Shown: positions 36,301 to 48,200 of the stretch, piece by piece
How the letters are laid out: every line of letters starts with the position of its first letter
How positions within the stretch are numbered: position 1 is the first letter of the stretch
Origin: Mytilus trossulus
Lineage: Eukaryota
DNA: 64,000 bases
Direction of reading: 5' to 3'
Assembly (NCBI RefSeq): GCF_036588685.1
Contig: NC_086381.1
Span: 24,304,001-24,368,000, forward strand
Made by a program: the position numbers and the translations under genes
The notes under the pieces: generated by a model
What the model saw: only the letters and a program-made list of their open reading frames with translations
Told to the model about the DNA's origin: nothing
Databases searched by the model: none

Positions 36301-37153
36301 TTTACATAACTGTTTTTTTTTTCGATTTCAGAATATGGGCACAATGGCGGTTGCAGAAGGAAACGAAGACCAATTACAGATAGCCGTGTTACACTTTCCA
36401 GTAATGGCAGTTATTGATGCTAGTCTTCAGTCATTTCAGTTGTATCGATCTGGGGTCTACGATGAACCAAAGTGCAGTTCAACAAAACTTGATCATGCGG
36501 TTCAGATCGTCGGATATGGTTCTGAAGGTGGAAAAGATTATTGGATCGTCAAAAATAGCTGGGGTATGTTTTTTGTAGGCCTGGATAAGGCTTACAGATT
36601 ACAGAATGTTGGGTCATGAACACAAAATTAAATGGGATAAGAAACAAATAGAGAAAAGAAGGTCTGCAAATAGATAACAGAGAACTACGGAATACAAGAA
36701 ATTATAAAGAAAATGCATGAATGGTCATTTATAAAATAAATGTAGGATCCCTTTCTAGAGGCTCATATTTATAATAATTATCAAAGGCACCAGGATTATA
36801 ATTTAGTAAGCAAGTGCATCAAACGGATGTCGATATTTGTATATTCTGACTATTTACATAAAGAATCTTATAAAATTATTTCATGTAACTGATGTCTCAC
36901 GCTATTCCGGTAAAATTTACAATATCATATCAACACTGATTTTTTTTTAAGAAAAGACCCTGAATTTTATTTCAATTGTCATTCTCTTTTAAAAAATCGA
37001 AACACAGCAGTGATGTAAAGCAGCAAAATAGTGAAACAGAGAATAATTTTGTATGTTTTAGGTGTAAACTGGGGAATGCAAGGTTACATACTAATGAGAA
37101 GAAATAAGAATAACCAATGTGGTATTGCCTCTGATGCCACCTATCCTGTATAA
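33349..37153 (+). CDS. Cathepsin L-like papain-family (C1A) protein, catalytic Cys replaced by Val (probable pseudoprotease), 311 aa
   Basis: Exons 33349-33579, 34643-34811, 35613-35824, 36332-36563, 37062-37153; all GT-AG, phases 0,1,0,1 consistent. Signal peptide, I29 propeptide (ERFNIN-like E-R-W-N-V-N, AMNEFAD), [32 protein letters not shown]. Confidence 0.92.
34843..35468. repeat. Long nested inverted repeat (foldback) in intron 2 of the cathepsin-like gene
   Basis: 34843-35012 is the reverse complement of about 35302-35468; inner arms 35015-35057 / 35131-35173. Confidence 0.8.
35976..36019 (-). ncRNA. Minimal type I hammerhead (variant A, intact core), antisense in cathepsin intron 3
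   Basis: Minus: GCGUCA-CUGAUGA-GUUUUUUGUAGAC-GAAA-CGCGCG-UC-UGUCGU. Confidence 0.7.
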
Positions 37154-37394
37154 CCGATTTGGTATTGCCTCTGACGCCACCTATTCTGTATAACCGATGT
37201 GGTATTGCCTCTGATGCCACCCATTCTGTATAACCAATGTGGTATTGCCTCTGACACCATCTATCCTGTATAACCGATGTGGTATTGCCTCTGACGCCAC
37301 CTACCCTGTATAAACACTGAAGAATTACCTCTGACGCCACCTATCCTGTATAAACGCTGAAGCATTACCTCTGACGCCACCTATCCTGTTTAAC
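37111..37394 (+). repeat. 40-bp tandem repeat x7 spanning the cathepsin-like stop codon
   Basis: Unit TAACCAATGTGGTATTGCCTCTGATGCCACCTATCCTGTA starts at 37111, 37151, 37191, 37231, 37271, 37311, 37351. Confidence 0.9.
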
Positions 37395-39381
37395 AAATAC
37401 TATTATGTGTGAAAGCCTTTGGTTTCAGCTATCCTGGTTGTTGGTTAACACATACTGGTAGCTTTTCCTAATATGTTATCCTCATTCAAATAAAACTGAT
37501 AGTAGCCAATGTTTTTTTATTAATAAAAAAAAATAGGGAATGTGTCCATGGGACACAGATGGTGCCTCCACTTGTATATCATATAAAGTTATAAAGGGGA
37601 CAACATTGTAAAGGGATATATCTCTTGAACGGTTGAAGTGACACCACCAAACACCACCATTGATCTGTAGTTTGTGGCAATAAGCATTGTGTATAAGTTT
37701 TGATAACATTTGGTCGAGACAAAACAAGAGTTATAGAAGAGAAACAAAAAAATCAGCAATTTTTCATATGTAAAGTGGCATAACTCTAGAATGTTAAAAG
37801 GGATGCTACCACAATTCAACCATGATCTGTGGTTTGTTGTAATAAGCATTTTGTATGAGTTTCATAACATTTGGCTGAAGCAATTAAAATAAGGGGAACA
37901 GAACGGAAACCAACTTTGGGACGTACCTACATACAGACAAGGTTAAAACTTAATGCTCCGCCCGTTCCGTGGGGGCAAATAAATCAAAAAGTGCACAAGA
38001 GGCTAGCAAATAGCTTTACTTGCCTAAATATGTACCACCTACGACATTGCAAAGTTTAATAACATCACTAATGTCAATACCTACTACAAACTAATCTAGA
38101 GAGAGGTCCGGTGGTAAATACAATGGAACAGACACCAAGAACTACATACAGGAGATAACATTAATAAGATGAAAGCAACTGTCAAGAATATTTGGGTTTT
38201 GATCCTTAATCTAAGAAAGTCCAAAGTAAGTAAGTACAGCCAGTACCAGTATGGATACTGTTCCAGTATCAAATAATTTTCTAGCCATGATACTACATGG
38301 TACCATTAATCAAATTCTGCAATTGACAAATACAGAATTCATTAGAGGGCTTTCAGAGACGCAACCTTGACTTGATTTTACAGATGTATATGCTGAATAA
38401 CAAGAACTGTTGGGACTTTGTTTCTGATTTCATATGAAACTCAATGAGAAGGTTGATAGCACCTGGCACACTGGATAAACAGTAATCCAGAATGCTCCAG
38501 AATGCTCCGAAACCAGTTGGGAAGAAAATACAAAAGTATACACACAAACTTATACCACCAAAATGAGGCTTAAAAGGAGTCAATAAGTGTTGTTTTTGGT
38601 GGATGTTTTTAGTAAGTTATTGTTGGCTTTGAACTAGATTTCAGAAACTGTGAGTCAACTCAGATCATTGTGTGTCTTCAGTCTTTTGATTGTTTTTGAT
38701 TTTTTATTTAGCTTTGTGTCGATCTAATGAGTGTAGTTAATTTAAACTGATTTTTACAGTTTGATCTTATGTTGAACTGTAACAACACTGTCCTATATTT
38801 GGGGTAAAAAAACATGTTGAACCCAGCAACATTTTGTATATATTATGCCTGTTCCAAATCAGGAGCCACTTATTCAGTTATCATTTGTTTTTATTGTATC
38901 TCATATATGTTTTTTTACATCAATCAGGCCATTGCCTTTCTAGGCTGAACTGTTTAAATTTGTCACTTTTGGCCTTTTGCATTTCTATGCAGTCTTTTCC
39001 TCATTGTTCAATAGATATAGGAAGATGTGGTGTGAGTGCCAATGAGACAACTCTCCATTCAAATAACAATTTAAAAAGTAAACCATTAAAGGTTAAAGTA
39101 CGGCCTTCAACACGGAGCCTTGGCTCACACCAAACAACAAGCAAAGGGCCCCAAAATTACTACTGTAAAACCATTCAAACGGGAAAACCAACGGTCTAAT
39201 CTATATAAACAAAACGAGAAACACGTATATATTACATAAACAAATGACAACTACTGTACATCAGATTCCTGACTTAGGACAGGTGCAAGGCTGCATAACA
39301 ACCTATTGTTTCTATCATGGTCATATGGTCCCTTGTGGATAGTTGCCTGAATTGGAATCAATTCATGGTTTTATTTGTTTA

Positions 39382-39825
39382 CAACTGAAAAAAAAATTAT
39401 TGAAACACTTCTATTGAAAACAATGTGAAATGACATGATTGTAGAATGTGTATAATTTGTTTTTTACCAAATACTTTTGATCTGTTTATGGTCTAAAATT
39501 GAATTTGTGTTATTACTTGACATTCAAAAAGTTCTGAATGAGTTTAATGCATAAAAGTCTGTATTGATTGCAGACCCAATGTTTGGGAAAAAATTAGTCC
39601 TGCAATTTTTTTACTTTTTGTGAAAAGCGTGAAAAACTATTTCAGTGCAGCTGTTTTGTCAAAACCATGAGCATTAATATAGGGTGAAAAGTAATTCTAT
39701 ACCATGAATTCAATTTTAAAACATAAACAGATCAAAAGTATTTGGTAGAACCCAAATCATAAACATTCTACAATCATGTCATTTTACATTGTTTTCAATG
39801 GAAGTGTTTTACTTTTTTCCAGGTG
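39382..39825. mobile_element. Foldback MITE with long TIRs and TA flanks
   Basis: 39402-39490 is the reverse complement of about 39722-39809; TA on both sides. Confidence 0.7.
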
Positions 39826-41876
39826 TATATATTGTATGATTAGAAATTCCCTCTTTTGAACTTTTCCAGGCATAATTTACTTTGAGGAAAATTGAATTTC
39901 TTAATCCATTTTCAAATGTTCAATAGTACAATACCATTATGACAACTGTAAAACTTGTCTACGCTCTGCTGATGCAACTTTTGTATATATAAATAACATA
40001 TGTACTGCATTTATGCATTGGTCTAAACTCTGATAAGAGAAAGAGATGCTTCTGCATATTTATCAATACTACAAACAAATCGAAGACTTTTATTGAAAAA
40101 TATATATAACAAAGCACTTTTTAAATGATAATAAGCACTTACATGATGTAACAATCTTTAACGCTCAAAAACTTCATAAAACACAGAGCAATAATTTTAA
40201 CAGATCTTTCAAACATATCGTCTTTTTTCAATTCTTTTACCCTTCACTCATTTCAATTTCACACCATTCATTATCTACTAAATGATAAACATCTCACAAA
40301 TCTTGACTCTGTGTAATACATGCAGCTGGGATTCTATGTACATAATGTATTGCATTAGTCTGTTGGCTTTATCATTGATATTACATACTCAATTAAAAAA
40401 AAAGTATGATTTTTAATTAAGAATATGTTATAACTTGGGATGTTAGGAAATTTGCAGAAGGTCATTGAAAATACATTTTTGGTTCTAAAATAAATTTGAT
40501 CAATAGGATGTTGTTTTCTAAATTATTGTATTCCTTTCCAGAGAAAGACTTACAAATACTTCAGATGTATTGCCACTGAAAGAAATGGCATTTTTCTTAT
40601 ATTTACATCTTTTTAGCATAGATCTGTGTACCTTGAAAAAAGTTTTTATTTAGAAAATTGTGAATAGCATCTTTCTTTACACATCTTTTTAAACAGAAAT
40701 CTGTACTGGTATACCTTGAAATTTTAATTTAGATATTCTCAATGGGCTTGAATCAATTGTCACGAAATGAGTTGATAAGCCTTACAGGAATTATGATACT
40801 TCTGATGCATAACATTAAAATACTATTGAGGTATGCTTTGTATGAAAAAGAAAAAATGCACATTTCATGTTTGGCTATCAATTAAAATTAGGAGTTTGTT
40901 ATGCAAAAATCATGCATGATGAATACACAAAGTAAATTACATCCTTGTTTTTAGAAAATGAAGTAAATGTACACAATACGTTTTACATGGCCTACCAAGT
41001 TTAAAGATTTGACAGCATTACTGTATGAATGATTTCAGCACTGTTACTACATCATGAAATATAAATGAAATAAAACTATGCAGTTATTATGTGATTTTGA
41101 AACAAGGCTAGAACAGAATATGTCTCTAAATTAAAATTTATTTATGTGCATTTTTTTTTTTAGATTTAGTTATATTTATTCAGTAAAACTTTCAAGTAAC
41201 ATAACAGTTACTTTTCAATGGTTCCTAAAGTAAATTCATAGTTGTATGGGAAAAAATAATCGAATAAGTTAATATAAAACACTGGATATCTTGGAATTCA
41301 TAAATTGTATCATAAAATTCAGCCCATTTAGTCTTTATCACTATAAAACATGTTTTTGATTAAAAAAAACAGATTTAAGTTTGCCCTTTAAGTATCATAG
41401 AAATAAGATGCTATATGGCTTGACTGTCAGATGCTGTCTGAAATGATTTGATATGGATGTCATGTTATAATTCAACAACAAAAAAATGCAATTCTAAAAT
41501 AACCTGTAATTTGCAATTTGAGGGGAGAATACTGGCCTTTCTATACAATATAAGTATTTTGTCCATTTTCATGTTTTACAAATATAAATCCAAATATAGC
41601 CAATTCATACACAAACTGATACTCAGTACTTATAATCAAAAAACATTTTAAAATTTCTAAATAAAGATGAGAGAGACACATATTTATACAACCTGAAAAC
41701 ACTTTCTTTCACATGCAGTGAAAATCTTGTTTATTGTCCTAGTTTATGAACTATAAGATGAAAACAAACACCCTTGTTAATGACAATGAAATAATGTAAT
41801 CATATTAAAAATGGCTACAACTGAACATTACACATTGGCAGAAAAACTTGTTTACTGTCTTAGTTTATGAACTTAA

Positions 41877-42149
41877 GGTGGTACCTAACACTACAGGGAG
41901 ATAACTCTTTAAAATCAGCTAAACATTTTAATTACATTGTGTTGTTAAGGGAATATGACGCTTCTCAATGATCAAAATCAGTCTTTTTCAAACTGCTATA
42001 TAACCAGTGTAATTTTTCTGATAAAACGGTTGGTTCAAAATTTTTGAAATTTTTATATTTTTGTCAAAGGATCAAAGTAAATACTTTGACAAAATTTAAT
42101 GAAAATTAACCGAGCCAAATTAATTTTAGCTACAGTGTTGGGTACCACC
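41877..42149. mobile_element. Kolobok-like non-autonomous element (TTAA TSD), just downstream of the NUP50 stop
   Basis: TTAA|GGTGGTACCTAACACT...GTGTTGGGTACCACC|TTAA. Confidence 0.75.
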
Positions 42150-42275
42150 TTAAGGATGAATACATATACCCTTATTGATTGCAATGAAATTACAAAATCA
42201 TACGTAAAATTGCTACAACTGTACATTACATATTGGCAGAAAAATATTCAAATTAAACTAAGTACAATTTCTTCA

Positions 42276-45200
42276 TCAATCTTTCTTTCTCAATTCTTCC
42301 ATTTTTTCTAGTAGTTGATCTGCGTCCTCCAAAGTTTTTACTCGTATCATCATAGGAACAGGTTTGGAAGGATCAGCTTTCTTGTCCACAGGAGGATTGG
42401 GTACACATATCATGCTCACATTGTTTTTGCCTTGTCTTTTTAGGGGTATAGATGGAGACAGTATAATGTTCAAGATTATGTTGCCTGGAAAATAAATGTG
42501 ATAGTAATATGATTATTTTTTCTTTAACACATTCCATGAATTTTGAAGATCTTAGTATTTTGCCTTTATTTAGAAACTACAGATACTCTCTCAGATAAAG
42601 TTGACCTTAGGCTTGGATAAATTTGGTTATTTTTGTTTGGTCCTGATGAGTTATATAGCTCCAAACATTTCTATATATCTTAACATCCCTGGCTTTCATA
42701 TGTACAACTCATAATAACATTTCACCATAATAAAGTTCCAGACTAAAATAAGAACAGTTGAGGAATATGTAAAAAAAAATTGCAGTTTCGGCAGGTATAA
42801 AATATCTAAAAATATTGTCAAAACAGGAAATGAATTAAAGTTGTGTTTCTATCTTGAAAAGACAACTTAACGACCTAAATATAGATGACTTCTTTGCAAT
42901 GTATTATCTGAGAATTTTTGTTCTCAATCTCAAAACTTCCGGATTATAGGCAAACTATCTGTGCATGTTACTGACACCATCTTACAAAATATCCATTATC
43001 AACAAACAATGCTACAGAAGAATAAATGTTCTTACCTAGGGTAGTATCAGCTCGTACTACAAGTTGTAACTTTTCATCAATTATCTTCAGATGTAAAAAT
43101 CCTACACCTCTCTCTGTCCAAGCTCCATCTTTCTGATAAAACAGCTTACATCTATAAATAGGTTTTTTTATTGAGACAATACAATGAAATCAGTTTGATA
43201 TTTGAAATCAGTCTGTAATTTTGGTATCATGGCTTTGAGAAGAGAGCAGGCATTATCAGCAACGTCACAATGTCTGAGAAGAAGTTATCAGTGATGTCAC
43301 AATGTGTGAGATGTTATCTAGGTTTCTTTCGTCAAGCGTAAATCTATCTTAAGGAGTGGAAAATTACTAGTGATAGAACTATAAACAGATAATCGGGTTT
43401 TCTTCGTATAGATATCGTAAAATATCATCCACTCCACACAATGTTAAGCTTTTTAGCAGCTATCTTATTTTACAATATCAATGTGTAGAAAAGCAAATAA
43501 TGTATACCTTCATTCAATCTTCCTAAGACATACAATAAGTGTAATTGAAATCTTGTAAACATGTGGTCTTCAAATATGTGAGCAAATGAAAGGGAGACAA
43601 TTCATTTGTTTATAAAACTTATTAAGTCTATCAAAGTATCCAGCTATTTCAATACATTCTAACTAGTTAATTGCTGTGTTTTGATCTATGTTTTTTCCAT
43701 TAAAAATGTGCACTTCTAATAAATTCTATAATATATTTCGTAAATAGAAGAACTCTCACAGCTCTATTTAAAATTTTGAACATACAACTCCCTGTATAGA
43801 TTAAAAGGGATTTAAAGAAACTAGATGTGTCAAAGTGACACAAATGGCCCCGTCCAAAAAAGTTAAAAAAATCTGCAATTTCAATAACACATGTGGACAC
43901 AAACATGATGGTAGTCTAACATTGATATGTTCATAATCATAAATTAACTGTTAACAAAACTCAGCTCAAAATGTGGAGGCCTATAGAAAAATAATTCTGT
44001 ATAACTGTTAACAAAACTCAGCTCAAAATGTGGAGGCCTATAGAAAAAAGTCTGTATAACAGTGATTTTTCAACAATTTTCAAAGTTGTAAACACTTAAT
44101 TTTGGCAAAAATTTATGGAGAGGAACAAAACTTATACTTGATCTGTAACTCATCATGAGTAACTTACATACCAAAAATCAGCCCAATATCTAACAGAGTT
44201 TAGAAAAAAAATCTCAATAACTGTTATTTTCAACAATTTTGAAAGTTGTAAACCCTTAATTTTGGCAAAAAATAATGGAGAGAAACAAAACTTAAACTTG
44301 ATCTGTTACTCATCATGGTTAACACACATACCAACCAGATGCTCCGCAGGGCGTAGCTTTATACGACCGCAGAGGTTGAACCCTGAACGGTTGGGGCAAG
44401 TATGGACATAACATTCAAGCTGGATTCAGCTCTAAATTTGGATTGTGATTAAATAGTTGACACAGCATAGGTTTCTGACACAGAATGAATGTGTTCTAAT
44501 GAAATTAAAATTTTTGTTTTCTCTTAGAGCAATTCTCTATGCTGTTGAATATTATTCCTCTCAAAAAAATGTTTGAAGAAATTTTCTTTTTATTTATGAA
44601 ATTTCAAATGAGAAAATTGAACCCAATTTTTTTAATCACATCCCCCTTTCCCTTATTTCAAAACTAATCTCAATTAAAATTTCTAATGGAGTTTGCAACA
44701 ATTACTACTCATTTAAATACATCATAAAATATTAAGATGTAAAAAAAACTGCTTGTTATCACTGAATGGTAAAGATTATTTTAATTTATCAGTTGGTAAT
44801 AAAAAGTGAATATACATTGTATATTGTATATATAACAAAGATTTAAGTTGATTCTGGACAAAGAAAGATAACTCCAAATAAAAAAAATTCTTACAATTAG
44901 ATATTTCTTGCTTACTATTCTGGACAAAGAAAGATAACTAAATAATTAAAAACAAAATTGCTATTTCACAATATTTTGCAATAAGATATTTCTTGCCATT
45001 GCGCAATACTGTGCAATTGAAAAGACTTGCTATTGCACAAAACTTAATATAATAATTTTAGATCCTGATTTGGACCAACTTGAAAACTGGGCCCATAATC
45101 AAAAATCTAAGTACATGTTTGGATTCAGCATATCAAAGAACCCTAAGATTTCAATTTTTGTTAAAATCAAACTAAGTTTAATTTCGGACCCTTTGGACTT

Positions 45201-48200
45201 TAATGTAGACCAATTTGAAAACAAGACAAAAAATGAGGAATCTACATACACAGTTAGATTTGGCATATCAAAGAACCCCATTTATTCAATTTTTGATGAA
45301 ATCAAACAAAGTTTAATTTTGGACCCCGATTTGGACCAACTTGAAAACTGGGCTGATAATCAAGAATCTAAGTACATTTTTAGATTCAGCATATCAAAGA
45401 ACCCAACCGATTAATTTTTTGTCAAAATCAAACGAAGTTTAATTTTGGACCCTTTGGACCTTAATGTAGACCAATTTGAAAACGGGACCAAAAGTTAAAA
45501 ATCTACATACACAGTTAGATTCTGCATATCAAAGAACCCCAATTATTCAATTTTGATGAAATCAAACAAAGTTTAATTTTGGACCCTTTGGGCCCCCCCC
45601 CCCTTATTCCTAAACTGTTGGGACCAAAACTCCCAAAATCATTACCAACCTTCCTTTTATGGTCATAAACCTTGTGTTTAAATTTCATAGATTTCTATTC
45701 ACTTATACTAAAGTTATGGTGCGAAAACCAAGAAAAATGCTTATTTGGGTCCCTTTTTGGCCCCTAATTCCTAAACTATTGGGACCTAAATCCCCCAAAA
45801 TCAATACCAACCTACCTTTTGTGGTCATAAACATTGTGTTTAAATTTCATTATTTTCTATTTACTTAAACTAAAGTTATTGTGTGAAAACCAAGAATAAT
45901 GCTTATTTGGGCCCTTTTTTGGCCCCTAATTCCTACACTGTTGAAACCAAAACTCCCAAAATCAATCCCAACCTTTCTTTTGTGGTCATAAACCTTGTGT
46001 CAAAATTTCATAGATTTCTATTAACTTAAACTAAAGTTATAGTGCGAAAACCAAGAAAATGCTTATTTGGGCCCTTTTTGGCCCCTAATTCCTAAAATGT
46101 TGGGACCAAAACTCCCAAAATCAATACCAACCTTCCTTTTGTGGTCATAAACCTTGTTATAAAATTTTATAGATTTATATTCACTTTTACTAAAGTTAGA
46201 GTGCGAAAACTAAAAGTATTCGGACGACGAAGACGACGCAGACGACGACGCCAACGTGATAGCAATATACGACGATTCAAAATTTGCGGTCGTATAAAAA
46301 TCAGCCCAATATCTGAAAGCGTTTAGAAAAAAACTCCGTATAACTATGATTTTCAACAATTTATCAAAATCCAAAGTCCGTAATTACAGCAAAAATTAGC
46401 AGAGCGGAAGGAAACTTAAACTTGATCTGTAACTCATCATGGTTAACTTACAAACCAAAAATATACCAAGAAAATAACTCTGTAAGATGGTTTATTGCAG
46501 AATGATGGAATGAGGGAATGAGGGATTTTCGTACAAGGGTGAAACTATATGCGGGGCCATAATTCGTTGCGTGGCCATAAAAATTTGATTTCTGTTCATG
46601 GGTTATAGAATATACATGTCAATCCTTAATTAAATTCCTATATAAATAAAACTTATTAGATTGTACTGATCAGTTCTCTGATTGTATAAACTTATAGGGA
46701 ATACTTCATTGGTGTTAATAAACATACTACTTACTTGATGGAGTATACTGATCCCTCCTCTGGAACCCTTTTAGATTCTGCTTGAGGGGTGAATATAAAC
46801 CTACTACTTGTATTATTTTAATTTTAGGTTCTTGTGTACAATTTGGAAATTAGTATGGCATTCATTATCACTGAACTAGTATATATTTGTTTAGGGGCCA
46901 GCTGAAGGATGCCTCTAGGTGCTGGAATTTCTCGCTACATTAAAGACCTATTGGTGAAATTCTGCTGTTGTTTTTTCTATGTTCGGGTTGTTGTCTCTTT
47001 GACACATTCCACATTTCCATTCTCAATTTTATTTTACTTACTTGATGGAGTGAACTGATCCCTCTTCAGGAACCTCTTTAGATTCTGCTTTAGGGGGCAC
47101 ATATTCATCATCTTCTTCTACAAAGTAAAGAAAAAGAATAATAAACTTAGTGCTTTATATGTACCGAGATACATTTTTATTATGGTAAACCATAGTCATT
47201 TTACAGTGTTGGAACCAACTTAGAACTGTTATAATCATAAATAAAGAAAAAACATGTGTTGCTCAATCATTCCATTTTCAACATGAGGAAATGCCTTCAC
47301 AAGTCATGAATATGAGAGTTGTTTTCCATTGCTTTGATGGATTCGAGCTTTTGATTTTGATCAGGAATTTTCTTTTTGAATTTTCCTTAGAGTTTGGTAT
47401 TTTGTTATTTTACATTTTCCAGTGAACCTTGAACTGCAACTCACCAATTGCTGGTGGCTACTTTACAGTAACAGAGTAATGACTTAAAAATTTGTTGTCT
47501 GTCCCTCTCATCTATTATAGTTTTCAAAATAATACTAGTAGGCAAACAACTTGTAAAAAAAAACATCATTTGAGGCCAATGCTCCATCATGTATAAGTGT
47601 ATAAGGAGTTGTCTGACCATTGTGTCCATGTTTGTAGATCTTGTCTTGGTGATCATTTCCTTTTATATTTTCTTTTTATCAATTTGTTGTCAGATCTCAA
47701 CATTCTGAACATTTCTGCACCTAGACAAAATTTGTTATTCTTATGTGCTACAACCAGGAATTTAGGTCATGCTAAAAATCAATTTCAATTATTTTAAACA
47801 TTGACTTAGTACATGTGCATCAAGTTTTTGATTATCTTAATTATTGAAAACATAATAAATTGTAACCATATATACAGGTTCTGCATTTCAATCTGATTCT
47901 AATTAAAACACTTCTGTTGTTTGTTGATGTTCAAAGTAATTTTAAACCATGCACCAGGGCAAAGTATATATGCTCTGTATGCCCCTTGTGGGCCCTTAAT
48001 TGGAAATAAAATATGTTCTGTTTTGTTCTATCAAATTATACCTTGACTAGCACCACTCTCTCCAGCTGGCTTGTTTACAGCAAACGAGAAACCTGATGTA
48101 GGTTTACTCTCTGTGGAAGACTTGAAACCAAACCCGGAGAAACCAGTAGCTGTTGAGCCAAATCCAGTTGTTGTAGTTGAGCTGGCACCAAAAGCCGCAG

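Noticed and set aside
36972-37340. 122-aa repetitive minus-strand ORF
   Set aside because: Antisense read-through of the 40-bp tandem repeat and last cathepsin exon
37111-37394. CRISPR-like regular repeat
   Set aside because: Units are contiguous with no unique spacers, derive from the gene's coding end, and the context is eukaryotic
42641-42670. CTGATGAG followed by a small hairpin in a NUP50 intron
   Set aside because: Lacks GAAA and stems I/III; chance match
45070-45414. 114-aa repetitive ORF
   Set aside because: Translation of a satellite array inside a HINE-like element
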